Assembly: GCF_001194135.2 (NCBI RefSeq)
Contig: NC_068996.1
Location: 25,676,642-25,740,641, forward strand
Reading direction: 5' to 3'
DNA: 64,000 nucleotides
Source of the DNA: Octopus bimaculoides
Lineage: Eukaryota
A program made the translations under genes and the position numbers. Under the pieces are notes generated by a model. It was given only the letters and a program-made list of their open reading frames with translations, did not search any database and was not told the origin of the DNA. This document shows, in pieces, positions 1-13,235 of the stretch (positions are counted from its first letter, which is position 1; every line of letters begins with the position of its first letter).

Positions 1-260
1 TCGGGAAAAGTGGACATTTATCAGATGATGATAATGACTACAATGATGATGGAACATCTCTCTTCCATACTGGCATGTGTTGGACTGTTTGACAGAATTT
101 GATAGGTCCAAGGACGGCATTGTACTCTAGTGTCAGCTTTGCTATGGTTTTTATGGTTTGATGCCCTTCCTAATGCCAACTACTTAGAGTATAGTGAGTG
201 CTTTTTTTGTGGCACCAATACTAGTGAGGTTGTCATGCACCTCAAGACTAAGATTCTCTT
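1..260. repeat. RTE-type tail repeats, tail-to-tail
   Basis: A plus-strand GGAAAAGTGGACATT..GATGATGAT end meets a minus-strand copy (CTTCCATACTGGCATG..GATGCCCTTCCTAATGCCAAC). Similar solo tails at about 13290-13500(-), 17740-17880(+), 19660-19800(-), 37690-37850(-) and 58220-58400(+). Confidence 0.75.
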
Positions 261-936
261 TGACTGAGTGCAGCAGAGAAGGAGGTGACTATGTGCTGGG
301 AGATAAGAGTCTAAGGAAGGGGCAGGAAAAAGTTTCTTACTGCAGAGGAGCTCCTTCACATTATAGAAAGGAGGGTGAGAGTAACTGAGATTGAACTAGA
401 AAAGTAAAATACTGGTGACGAGGTGTCAGGGTGAACCTTCAATGTTGAATGTGAATATGTTTTATTAGGAATAGTATAATCATGTAAGAGAAAACTGCCA
501 TAGGCATGCAGAAATTTAGATGTTTTTGAACGTGATTTGTGATAAAACAGGCTGAGTTTATTGCTTCCACTTATTCATAGATTGTGTATTCCTTAATATT
601 CTAACAAACATTGAAGATAGTAGTCTATGCAGAAGTACTTTTAAAACATTCAGTCAGTTTTGTATGGCCCAGAAGAAAATCTGATTTTCCATATTGAAAA
701 TGTGCACTGCTCAGCTATTTTGAATTTGTTACCTGTCCAACTTTCAAAAATAGCTGAAATCAACAGTTAGAATCATTGGAACTCAGCAATCTTTTTTTAA
801 GACAAAATTTATTTTAATCTAAAACGTCCAGGCTTAGATTCTTCTGTACAAGAGTAGCACATGAAGAACATGGCTGAGAAAAGTTAGTAGCAATGATATG
901 CTATTGGAACAGTGGTCTACTTGACAATACAATATA

Positions 937-1754
937 CGAGGTAGTATCAAAAGTTTCCTGAACTAGTTATGTTTAATAAAAAATTATTTACCTATGTTTT
1001 AACATCATCATCTTGAAAATAGTCACATTGCACAGCAATACACTGGTCCCAGTATTCCTGCCACTTTTGGAATTTGGCCTGGGAGTTGTTTTCTGTGAAT
1101 GAGTTGAGGACCTTCTGCAATTTGCTCTTGATCTTGATAACAATGAACTTTCAGCTGTATTTTCATCTTAGGGAAGAGATAGAAGTCTGCAGGTGCTAAA
1201 TCTGGCAAATAGTACCATGTTTTTGGTGAGAAACTCATGAGTGAGGAGAGTTTGGTGACAGTAGTGTTGTGAAGAATCCAATTCTCTGTACTCCACACAT
1301 CTGGTTGCTTTCACTGAATGTCCTTCCTCAAATGCTTCAAAATGTCTCAGAATTCTTAGTGCATAATACCACATTTCCAGGGGTAATGCTCGTGGCAGGT
1401 CTTCCAGAGACATTCTTTCACTTTTGAAGCGCTCGCACCACTTAAAACATTGTGTATGACCCATTGCCTCATTGCTGTAAGCTTACTGAACATGCTCAAT
1501 GTCTCTAGCAGACTTCCCAAGTTTAACGCCAAATTTCATGTTGGCTCTTTGTTCCTGTCTATGACAAAATCGCAGACTACAGCATACAAGTGACTACAAA
1601 AACACAAATTTCTTAACTTGCAAAGTAAACACAGTGCTGTCACTCAGCACACTGCTTCATGAAGGTCACTGCTAGCTCTCACTGCACACGCAACCATATG
1701 CTGCAATCTGTTGGTGTGTTACAGAACTAGTCAGAACTTTTTGATACCACCTCG
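937..1754 (-). mobile_element. Internally deleted mariner (Tc1/mariner) element
   Basis: ~30-bp imperfect TIRs (CGAGGTAGTATCAAAAGTTTCCTGAACTAGTT / AACTAGTCAGAACTTTTTGATACCACCTCG) are flanked by TA at 935-936 and 1755-1756. Minus-strand transposase relics: CFKWCERFKSERMSLEDLPR (HTH) and LPDLAPADFYLFPKMK (YSPDLAPxD motif). Confidence 0.92.
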
Positions 1755-2179
1755 TAATTCCATCTAAATGAAGTAAAACCTAGTTTGATTAAGAAATGTT
1801 ATCCTGTTAAAAAATTGGGAAATTGTGCATAATTTATATTTAGCTAATTTGCATCTTAGGTATTGAAGTAGTTGTATTAACTAGTATACCAAGTTTTATC
1901 AGTGTATTTATGTACTAAACTTGAAATGCTTCATTTATGCATATTAATTAGTTGAACTTGGTCACTTTTCAACTGTCTTTTACTACAATTGCAAATGAAA
2001 GTTTTGTTGAAAACTGCATCTGAATTCACAATAAAAAATTTGTTTTAATAAATGGAAAAATTTATAAAAGTCGAATACCTAATCTGTCTTTCAGTTAGTT
2101 TATATATGCCAAATTTTTTAAATATAAAATTTTATCCCCTCTCCATTTCATGGCAAATTTTACTTTGAGAGAAGTTTAA

Positions 2180-2387
2180 TCCTTTTGATACTAGCCTGCC
2201 TGAGATCACCTGTAGATCTAATATAAAAAACCACTGCTTTAAAATGATCTAAATGAAAATCTATCAAAATTTTATGTTAATTTATGTTCTAAACACTGGC
2301 ATAATTATTTTGCTAAATTCTTCATTATTTAGAAAATTAGTTGAAACAAAAGCAGCATGTTTCTACAAAAATATGGTAATAAAAGAG
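2180..2387. mobile_element. TTAA-flanked (piggyBac-like) MITE, family 2
   Basis: TTAA at 2176-2179 and 2388-2391. Ends are (T)CCTTTTGATAC / GGTAATAAAAGAG. The interior is shared with 35013-35413, 62855-63072 and partly with 25750-25880. Confidence 0.7.
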
Positions 2388-3834
2388 TTAACTTGCAGTA
2401 ATTTGAGAATGTGTTGTTCAAGATGTCATTTTTTCACCAAGATCTTAGATATCTCAATATATTTCAATTTTCCATGTGCTATGTACCTAATGAGCCTGCA
2501 TATGTTATTGTGTATCTGTTATACGTTATGCTTATTAAATTATATATTATTGTATATTATATATTACCACTTCTAATATGGAATCTTAGGGCTAAAGATA
2601 CTTTTTTTTCTCTATCTTATTTAAGGTGTTTTCATTTTAGATTACAAAGTGTATTGAAGTAGATAAACCACACTTCACATCATTTCCCTTTTGTAATCCT
2701 TTGCAGTTCGTATGAGGTCATGTTGATGTCTTTCAATAAAGCATGAATGTTACAAATGTACTGCACCTCCTCTAAAAATATAACTCGTGTCTGCATATAT
2801 TTTATTAGGTCTGCATTAACTAAGAATTTCAGATATTTGTAGAAGGTTGGATAACTTTCATGCCTCCACATCAGAATGATTAGAAAGAATCTAGTAGTTA
2901 ATATTTCATTGTATTTGTTTAATCTCAGATCAACTTGAATCAAGTAGTCATTCAAATGCATTCCATTTGTGACCACCATGTCTTTTTATAGATATATATG
3001 TAGGAGTACATTATCTAATGGGTCATTGAAAAAATTGGCAGTTTTTCTGGCAGGTCAAGTGACCACTTAAAAGCTTCTTGTGGTGGGGTTATTTCATTAT
3101 ATAGATTTGTGTTACAGAACAGAAACAAACTCACTGTATGTACTTGATTTTGTGTCCACATTTTAATATCTAATGTTTTTTTAAATTTTTTTTTTTATAA
3201 AGACCCGTTCTGCTTTAGTTTGTATTGTTTTGAATCTAAATCTCTGCTGACTTTAGTCATTCTTCATTCTGAAATTGATAAAATATTTATCTATGAGTTA
3301 TTGAGGTCAACTATATTGATTATAAAATTTCTTTTTCAAAAAGAAAAAGAAAAATGTTGGGAGAGGATTTAAATTTAGGCAAAAGAAATCAATATTTTGA
3401 TAGATAAACCAGTTGAAAACAATCATTTATTTCCTCATTTCAACTTGCTTGTTACATTCCCTTCTAAAATATTGGTAAAAACTCAGTTCTTTGGGGAAGA
3501 GATAGTGTACATGTTGAATTTTATAAAAATAACTTTCTGAACAAATTCTTTAAAATATGTTTATATTTTTTCTTTATTTAATTGACTCTGTATTCACTGC
3601 TTATGAGTAATCATAATTGTTATTCACATCTTTTATCCATGACAAGGAAGCTAAATTCTTTGAAGAATTGACTTGCTAGAAGGATTGGCCAAATCACACT
3701 GTTGTCTGGGGGATGGATACATTAACTAATGTGGGCTTTTACTGAATAAATGACTGTAAGGTCCTTGCTGGAACATTTTAAGACCTGTTCAGTCAGTTAA
3801 TCTGAGGTTAAAGAATCAGTAAATCCTTTCATAT

Positions 3835-4335
3835 CGTCATCCTTTTAATGTCCACTTTCCCATGTTTGTATGAGTCAGATGGCGTTTGAGGCAAATTTTC
3901 TGTGGCCAGATACCCTTCCTGTCACCAACCCTCACCTGTTTCCAAGCAACAATATTTCATCATGGCCCAACATTTGCAGAATATTGGAAATGAATGACAC
4001 TGCTTGTGTGAGAGTGACAATCATTTTACTACTATCACAGTATGTCATGACAAGGATAGACACACTCTTGTACATCTATGTACATGCATATATATATATA
4101 TATATATATATACATACATGCACATACACACACATACACATACATAGGTACTTTAGATACACTTAGTTCTTACACAAAGACTCATACTCCTTACACTTTC
4201 TTTGTTTCTTTGTGCAGACACAATTTTGAGATTCGTTGACAGCAAAATTTCACTCATCCATCTTCATCTATTGTAGCTGGTAGTTCATGGTTGATGAGCA
4301 TATTATGTTCCATTGCCTCAATGTTTGTTGTTGCA
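3835..4335 (-). mobile_element. SINE type A (decayed, with internal TA/CA microsatellite)
   Basis: TCATCC..AATGTCCACTTTCCCATG and CCCTTCCTGTCACCAACC tail motifs on the minus strand. Confidence 0.55.
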
Positions 4336-4506
4336 GCCATTTCCATAATAGCACTTGGTGAATTACTTCATTATTTCTCCACAAGTGTCTGCTGAACTTA
4401 TGTCTGAGTTTAGTTAGCTGTAGTTACCTTGGGATTGTCACCATATACTGGTTTGATGAATCTGTGCTACTTTATAGAATTGAAGGTACTGCCAAAGAAG
4501 TGAGGC

Positions 4507-4560
<54 letters not shown>

Positions 4561-4629
4561 AAATACAAACTGAATTCATGTTTTACAGTGTTGAATTGAA
4601 GTCACTGAATGGCTAGATATTAAAACAAG

Positions 4630-4870
4630 TTGACAACTTGAAATATCTAATCTCTGTAATGGAAGCTAGGATTGGAGTGACTTGGACAGCATTAAGAAAA
4701 TGGATTCATTCTGGAAAAATGATCTCCCAAAATAAAATTGAATACTATAGGGCAACTATAGAAAGCTTGTCTATGAAACACAACTTTGGACTCTCACCAA
4801 GACATTTACTAAATGTCTAGATTGAGTATACACCCAGCTGCTCAGAGCAGCAACAAACATGTGGAAACAG
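4630..4870 (+). mobile_element. Decayed RTE/RTEX-like LINE fragment
   Basis: RIGVTWTALRK..YRATIES..YETQLWTLTK..LD*VYTQLLRAA. Confidence 0.5.
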
Positions 4871-6431
4871 TGTAAATGTGTGAAAATATATGATGTGCTG
4901 CGTAGGAGTGTGTGTATGCGTGTGAATGTGATTATGCTGCTACTGAACTGAAAGTTATTGGCAGCAAGGCAGGGAGACTCGGTGCACTTGTGACATATTT
5001 TGTGTGTGTGTGCATGCATACATTTATAATTAACATGTATATGAACACTGAAACATGGAAGGATCTTCCTTGTAACTCTCGAGGGGAAATTCTTATAGAC
5101 TGTGTGCAAAAATACACAAAGCTGGGTCATGAATGACGTCAGAGGACTATAGGGTACATGTTTCTGTGTCATCATGCTTTATCAACTACAGACACTGAAT
5201 CTGTCATTCATAACCCACTAAAAACTGATTATTGTTTTTGTCTGTAAATAGCAAATAAATTAGCTGATGTATGCAAAACTGAAACTGGAATGAACTAAAG
5301 TTACTCTGAGTAGTGATGATTAAAACAAAGCTGTATACATTTATAACACATTCATGTGCACTCAACTGCAGTAACTCTCTCAGAAGAGGAATTCTGCATG
5401 GGTGTGAAGACATGCCAAGCTAGTCTATGAATGATGCCATTGGACAAAAGAAAAAAGGAAACATGAACACACACACTAACTGAAGTCCTGTTTGTTTTTT
5501 TTCTTGTGCATTATTATATCCTGTTTTGGTTGTAGTGCCATGCAGATTCTTCTTTACATTGTTTTCATTGTTCTCCATGGTCTTCACTACCTTTCATTTT
5601 TGCTGTCCACTCCTTTCTTCAATCTATCTATCCTCCATCCTGCTCTCTCTCTCTCTCTCTCTTCCCCCCTCTTACCCCTCTCTCTATCCCTTCGTTTCTC
5701 TTCTGCCCTTGTCAGTGATATTTCTTCTATTCAATGTTTTACTCATTTCTCAGTTTTTACTTTGTATATGTGTTACTGCCTCTTTCTTATCCCAATCATA
5801 CTTCTACTTCATTCTTCATTTTCTTCCCTGTCACCTTTTCTTAAAGGGTTTATGTCTTAATTAAATTCTTTCTTCTCATTTCAATTATACACTTCAATTT
5901 ACTATCTGTGTGATATCTTCTATTTGTCTTTAAAAAAAAAAAAAAAAAAAAAAAAATCCATATTCTTTGTGTAAGTTGATTGACCTTAATATTTCTTGCT
6001 CCTACAAAGTTTGCAGTTTTACATTTTTTGTATACATTTGTACTTTTTATATAATTTTGTATTTTCTTATAGACTTCTTGTCTTATAAATATTTAATATT
6101 TAGTATTAGGATGTATATTATATATATCCTTCTTTACACTGAGTTTAAATCTGGCTGAGATCAATTTTGCTGTTATCTTTTTGGGGTTGGTAAAAAAATA
6201 TCAAAAGCACTCGAAGGTGGGGAATCAGTGGTACTGTAAGAGTGCTTGACTGGATGCCTTGCAGTATTTGTTTCACCTTTTTATGTTCTGAGTTCAAATC
6301 CTACCATGGTCTGTGGTTGCCTTTAGCAGTGGCCACACTATTGTAGGCATCAAACAAAGTCTCCAGTTTGAGCAAACATTTCTCTTTCCGACCAGTTTCA
6401 GAAGCCCTGTAAAGAGTGATAGGCATTGCCT

Positions 6432-6449
6432 TTCCTCCTCCTCCTCTCT

Positions 6450-6484
<35 letters not shown>

Positions 6485-6489
6485 TTCTC

Positions 6490-6588
<99 letters not shown>

Positions 6589-6976
6589 NNNNNNNNNNNN
6601 NNNNNNNNNNNNNNNNNNNNNNNNNNNNNNNNNNNNNNNNNNNNNNNNNNNNNNNNNNNNNNNNNNNNNNNNNNNNNNNNNNNNNNNNNNNNNNNNNNNN
6701 NNNNNNNNNNNNNNNNNNNNNNNNNNNNNNNNNNNNNNNNNNNNNNNNNNNNNNNNNNNNNNNNNNNNNNNNNNNNNNNNNNNNNNNNNNNNNNNNNNNN
6801 NNNNNNNNNNNNNNNNNNNNNNNNNNNNNNNNNNNNNNNNNNNNNNNNNNNNNNNNNNNNNNNNNNNNNNNNNCTCTCTCCTATCTCTCTCTCCCTCCTC
6901 TCTCTCCTCTCCTCTCTCTCTCTCTCTCTTCTCTCTCTTTCTCTCTTTCTCTCTCTCTCACACACACACACACACA
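6432..6976. repeat. (CT)n/(CTTT) microsatellite plus (CA)n, spanning gap 6589-6873
   Basis: Read directly from the sequence. Confidence 0.97.
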
Positions 6977-7405
6977 TGACTTATGGTTAAGAAGCTTGCT
7001 TCTCAACCATGTGGTTTTGGATTCAGTTCCATTGCATGGCACCTTTGGCAAGTGTCTTCTACTATAGTCTGAGGTTGACCAAAGCCTTGTGACTAGATTT
7101 GGTAGACAGAAACTGAAAGAACCCAACTCATTTTATGTTTTGTATGCACATCCTTGTGTTGATATCATGTGATTGTAAATGAGCATCATTGTTATATAAG
7201 CAATATTGTTCATTTTCCAGACTTCTGAGGTAGTGGGTGGGAGGTGAAATTGTCTGGCCAAGAGGGAAATATTATCTTGCTTAGAAACAGCTGAAGGTTG
7301 GCAATAAGAAGGATATCCAGCTGTAGATAATCTGCCATGATAAATTCCGTCTGTCTCATGCAAGCAGGAAAAGTAGATATTAAAATGATGGTGAATGATG
7401 AGATA
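6977..7405 (+). mobile_element. tRNA-derived SINE, type A (RTE-like tail)
   Basis: TGGTTAAGAAGCTTGCTT..GGATTCAGTTCC A/B-box-like head, GGCAAGTGTCTTCTACTATAG..AAAGCCTTGTG..TTTGGTAGACAGAAACTGAAAG body, GGTTGGC..GAAGGATATCCAGC..(GAT)n tail. Confidence 0.8.
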
Positions 7406-10400
7406 AAATGTTTTGTGTGTGTGTGTGTTTAAATTTGTGTATTGAGATGACTTGTGACTAGTGAGGTCACTCCAAAGTGTAGTAGCAGTGGAAAAGAGAG
7501 AAAACATGTCTGTGGGGAGGGAGGAGGTTAGACTGTGTTGGCGATCAGCTTCATGCTAATCAATAAGCAATACTCTATGCTACACTCAATTACATTTATC
7601 ACTTTTTTTGTGTGTGTATTATATATTTATCTTCTAGAAACAGCCTCATCAGTTGCTGCTAGTTTATACCATCATATCCCCTTGGCATGATGGATCTCAC
7701 AGTTTCTGGATCCTCAACATTACTAAATTGCATTCAATAAAGTTGAATTTCCTCTTAAAAAAAAAAAAAATTATAACAATGGAAATTACTGTTTTAACAA
7801 GAATGGAAATTTGTTTTAACATCCTAAGCATGCCATTTTTCTTTTTATAATAGAATATAATGTGAAATGAAACATTGAAATAATGGTGTTTGTTGTTGTC
7901 AAGTGTAGCTGACAGTGTTGTGGAAAAATTATATTTAAAGAATTGAGTTTAGTATTTGTCTAAATAGTCAAAATATTTTGAATTAGTAAATCACAGTAGT
8001 CCAAGTTCTGCTAAATTTGGTGGTTTTAGGCTGAACAATCATTGTTTCTTCCTCAGAAAATGATGATCAATGTTAAAGAGATAAGGACATAATTTTGAAA
8101 AGTTTTGTGCCAAACAATGGAACAATGCAAGGCTGTGTGATGATACTGCTACTATTTACTTTATTTTTCTCTATAGATCATTTGATTTTCTTTCAGCACA
8201 GTGACTTTGGAGTCCTGCATAGTTTTATGTCAATAGTAGTTTGTTAAATCAGAAGTATTTAAATTTTTGCACAGAACTCGAGTATAGCATGCATAAAATC
8301 TGCCAACAGACCATCAAAGAATTGACCTTCACATTCAGTCTTAAAATACAAAGGTCACCAATCATTATTAAACAGTAACTTCTATCATTCTCTCCACCAA
8401 AGAAATTGATATGTTTGGGGACAAGTTTCACTTTTGTTGCATTCTGGTTCTCTTTTTGTTCTCAGCCATATAGTAATTTATAAGGAGGTCGAGAAATTTG
8501 CTTTTCAACCACCTGGTTCTGCATTTAATTCATTACCAGCATATTGGGTGTCTCCTATCATAGCTTCTGCATGAGTGTAATTTGACAAACACTGAAAGCT
8601 TGGTCTTCACATTTTCATAAATAATTTCCATCAAAATTTAGCATAGTGAGACAGATGGAATCTGTTGAAGCCTGTTTCATGAACTGAACCAGTAATTCAA
8701 AAGACAAGTTCTGTCACACTGATTCTTCTGGAGGGTAACATTAGCAGAATGTCTCTATAGTATTTTCAACCAATTAGTTATTAGTACAGTGAATAGGGAG
8801 TTCTGTTGATCAAATGGGAATACACCTTGTTGAAATTGCAGAGGATCCATTTGTGTGTGCACTAACTTAAGACTAAATATGTGTTCTTATATGAGGCTCC
8901 TTGAGAAATGATATATTTATGAGTGCAATTGTGTTAAGTTGTGATTGATGATCCTGCTGTTCACATGCTTCCAATTTGACAGCTGGCAGAAAGTAAAAAA
9001 GCCAGTTGCTCTAGCTATTAATACCAGAGTAAAAGTAAAAACAGTACTGATGATTCATTGAATAGACATTGAAACATGTTTCAGCTGTCCAATGAAATGG
9101 TATGCCATCAAATCACAGTTTAGTGTAGTTTGGAGTGAAACACTCTCCAAGAAATATTCACCTTAATGTGGACACACTCATCAGAAGTGGAACTGTTGTT
9201 TTTCAGTTTAAAAAAAAAAAAAAAAAAAAATTAACATTCAGTATTTTGGATGGGCAGAACAGTGTTAGGCAAAATGACTTATGGTGTTTCCTAATAGGGT
9301 TAGTATTACTGTTCATACCTCAAGTTCAATAAAAATAAAAAAGTACCAGTGAAGTACTGTGGTCAATATAATTCATTAATCTATACCCATCCCTCTAAAA
9401 AGAAAAAAAAAATCTGGCTTTCTATCAATTTTATAAATGATTATTTTGCAGCATTGTAGAGACATTTATTTGAACAGTTGTTTGGTTACTTACTTTCCAT
9501 CATCAGTTGTGCAGACTAAGACAGTGTTGCTTCAATGCATTTTTCTCCAGTCATAAGTATAGCATATTAATCTTTCAATCATATTGCCTCTTGCTCGTGA
9601 CTCAAGTTAACTGTAGAGGCAAGCTTTCATTTTTCTGGCCAGTGTGAGCTCCTAGTTTAAGGGTGATTGGCTTTTTCTGTTACATCGCTTCTCGTTATTA
9701 TTAAACTGAAATAATTAATGTTCATTACTAATTCTGACATTCTCTCTTTAATCTGCTGGTATTCAGGAATTACTAATAATAGATTTCTTAGAATTTCTCT
9801 CTCACCCTTTTGCTTACTTACCCTCTCTTACCCATTCTCTCACCCTTTTTTCACTGTCACCTTCTCTCTATCTCACTCTTCCTCTCCCCCTCTATCTGTC
9901 TCACTCTTCCTCTCCCCCTCTCTCTTGTGTATGTGACTAAAATGTCATTTTCATGTCTGTCAGTACTAACAAATATTTTCAATTAAATCTGATTGGATAT
10001 TTAAATAAATGTCTAAAGTTTGAGAAATATAAATTGGTTCTGAATTATATATCAGCTCACTTTCATCTTAACATGAACAAGGCTTTGTTTTCACCTGTTA
10101 AGATATTTGTATTTTTTCTTTTTAATGTGTTCACCCTATAGTGTTTGACTTGTTAATTCATAGTAAACTGGCAACCAATTGTGTGTGTGCAGATAGATAG
10201 ATGTGTATGTCTTGAGTTTGAAGAGAGTTGTCTTTTTATTTTGTTGTTGGACAATGTATGTATGACTAATCTATTTATTTGATTGTCATAACTGTGTAGG
10301 AATGTTTTCAGATTCAAATTGGGTTGAAAAAAAAATACATAAAAGAAGTATGTGTTAGAAATAGTTTAACACAATCCTTCAGTTTTATAAAAACTTGAAC

Positions 10401-11886
10401 AGAAATCTTATGTATCAAGCATTTTTGATTTGTATTAGAAAGAGGTTTCTATGAATGTAATAATTTAAAAATTTATTAGAGAAATTAGAATTTAGATGAC
10501 AAGAACTAAAAAAAAAATCTTTATAGAAATAAGTTATTTAGAATTGCAATATTAATCATTTTATAAAATGATAATTTATGTTTTAAATTGATGTTCCCAT
10601 ATTTGGCATAGTTTTAATGTATCATATTTCTGTTATTTGTGTTTCCTTCACTTCTTACAATGCAGTAATGTCACATGGATGGTTATAATAATTTTAAGTC
10701 AATCATACATGGGGTGCATACAGAACAAGAATCCAAACTAGTAATTCTGATTGCTGTTGGTTTTCAGTAACAGAGCACACCTTGTCTCTTTTGATGATGT
10801 GTATTCATAATCCATGAATTATGTTTGGTAGGCATCAGTGCACCAGTCATTAATTTATTTGCTAAATTCTATTAACAAGAGCTTGTGCTCTTGTGAGATC
10901 TGTTGGTCTGGCAGGGTAGTTTTGACTGAGGAGACACACAATGTGGTTGAAACACTGGTTTCTTGAAGTTCCCTTATACATTGTCTAAAGGGAAGAGGTT
11001 ATTCTCTGTTGATGAAAAGTGAGAGATCAGATATTCACATTTGAATCTTCTGGTATGTATTAATGGATATGTTAATCCTGTATATGTAGTCTTCCTAAAA
11101 TTGAAGTTTAATACATATTTGAAATGGTGGGTTTCATTGCAAAATGGTTGCTGGCAGTTGTTAGCTGGTGTTAAGTAATTGTTCAGTATCAGATATGGTG
11201 TGGTGTCATTGTAAATAATTTATTTACTTAGAAGTATGTCTAAACCAGTATAATCACATGCAAAATTATCTAAGAAAAATTGGTAGCTGAATAAAATATG
11301 AGTGCCATGGCAATTATATACAAAAGTCAGTGTAGTGTATAACCTCCAGATATAAATTATGATTATATGATTTCTGTTTTGGAGTGGCATAATCTTCTTA
11401 TTTTATTTTATTTTTGTACTTGTTTCAGCTTGTAAGTTATAGCCATTCTAGGGCACATAAGTTAAGGAGAAAAATGCATTTTGTTATTTTGATAAGCTTT
11501 TGTTCAGACAAATAAACTAAAAATGAACTAAAAATAATGATAATAAAGCTAAAATGAAGCTAAAATGAAGATCAAATAGTGCATGTGTTTAACTGGCAAA
11601 AGATGACCATCCTCAAATATAGCAATGTGTTTTTATATCAAGAATCTTACAAAACTAATACAAACAGAATATTGAATAGATTCTGGTATAATTATAATCT
11701 GGGTTAAATAATTTATCTTAGCCATTAAAATCAGTCTGCTTGTCCCAAGTTGGATTTGAACTCAGAATACTAAGGCACTGGTACTAAATACTACTTCCCA
11801 TCTATTTCAATAATGAATTATTTTTTTTCTCACATACTTACAGTTGTTTTGTATATTTAATTCTTTGGTAAATTCCCATTAAAGTA

Positions 11887-13235
11887 CAGTAATACCTCAC
11901 TTTTCAAGGCCCTGCTTTACAAAACCTTGGGTTTATGAGTTTTATTTTACAACAAATATAAAAAGGTTAAACAGCCATTTTATGTGTGTGGCAACACTGG
12001 TTCTGACGTGTCTACACAGCTGCATATGGTGATGGAGTAAAATGATGGCATAAAATTTCAATGTCTTAGTTTGGTGAGAGAGATTATTATAAGCTAATTT
12101 CTTCATGCCCATTTTATACTGTGTATGTGTATTTACACTATTATTTTCAGCATTTTTTAAAAAACCTACCCAACATCTAAATGAAAGTGTACAACAGACA
12201 CTGATGGGAACAAAATGAAACGAAAAACCATCACTTTGAAAACAAAGCATGAAATTGTAAAAATGCATGATGGTGGCACAACTGTGAGAAACATTTGTGA
12301 TAAATTTTCACTTAACTCATCAACTGTCTGCACAATTCTTGAAGAAAAACAAAATTATTTATCTTTGCAATCAACCTGGGCTCATAAAAGAGATGCTGGA
12401 AGCATCATTCCAGAAATAGAAAAACTTTTAAATGCATGGATAAGTGACAAAACACAACGCATGCATATGAATGTTCATCAAGCATCAATTTGTAGCAAAG
12501 CATTCTCTTTTCAATATGCTTAAAGAAATGAAAGGTGGCACAAATGAAACTTTTGTTGCTAGCAGAAGATGGTTTGATCAGTTTAAAATTTGACATGGGT
12601 GGCATTCTGTCAATGTGCAAGGAGAAGTGTCAAGTGTTGATGTCAATGTGACAAAATAATTTCCAGAAACATTGGCAGAAATAATTGAAGAGGGGGACTA
12701 CATGTTACAGCTAATTTTTAATGTCAATTAAACAGGACTTTTCTGCAAACATATACCATCCAGAAGTTCCATTGCTATGGAAGAATCTACGCTGCTTAGT
12801 TTTAAAGTTGCAAAAGATCGACTGACATTATTATTTGGAGGAAGTGCATCTGGGAATTTCAAATTAAAACCAATGCTAGTTTTATCAAGTGGAAAATCCT
12901 AGGGCACTTAAAGACATCTTAAAAAATACCCTTCCAGTCATATGGAAATCTAATAAAAAAACTTGGGCAACATTATTTAAAGGATGGTTATCATATCACT
13001 TTGTACTGAACGTTAAGAAATATTGTTGATAAGAATGAACTTCCATTTCATGTAATGTTGCTTATTAACAATGCACCTAACCACCTTCCAATTCTACATC
13101 TCCATCTTAATGTCAGGTATTTTTTTTTGCCTCCAAATACAACATCACTTTTGCAACCAATGGACTGAGTGTTGTTGCAATTTTTAAAGCCCATTATTTA
13201 CACTACACATTTGCAATGCTGAATGAAGAAACAGA
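11887..13235 (+). mobile_element. pogo/Tigger-like DNA transposon fossil, 3'-truncated
   Basis: TA + CAGTAATACCTCACTT left TIR. ORF 12215-12523 (KRKTITLKTKHEIV...STVCTIL...EIEKLLNAWI) is a CENP-B-like HTH. Broken DDE_1 motifs follow downstream (KDRLTLLFGGSASGNFKLKPMLV, LLINNAPNH, PNTTSLLQPMD). No right TIR seen. Confidence 0.9.

Noticed and set aside
6977-7050. tRNA genes at SINE heads (also 22665-22710, 40738, 49473, 51160)
   Set aside because: A/B-box-like motifs only, no complete cloverleaf, and each continues into SINE body sequence.
6294-7067. Long ORFs in the track (also 15805-16911, 36923-37456, 59981-60676, 61378-61713)
   Set aside because: They are open only because they run through N-gaps and microsatellites.
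10900-11060. Non-coding exon ending at TTCTG/GTATGT (~11052)
   Set aside because: A donor-like site alone is not evidence; no clear acceptor or homology.
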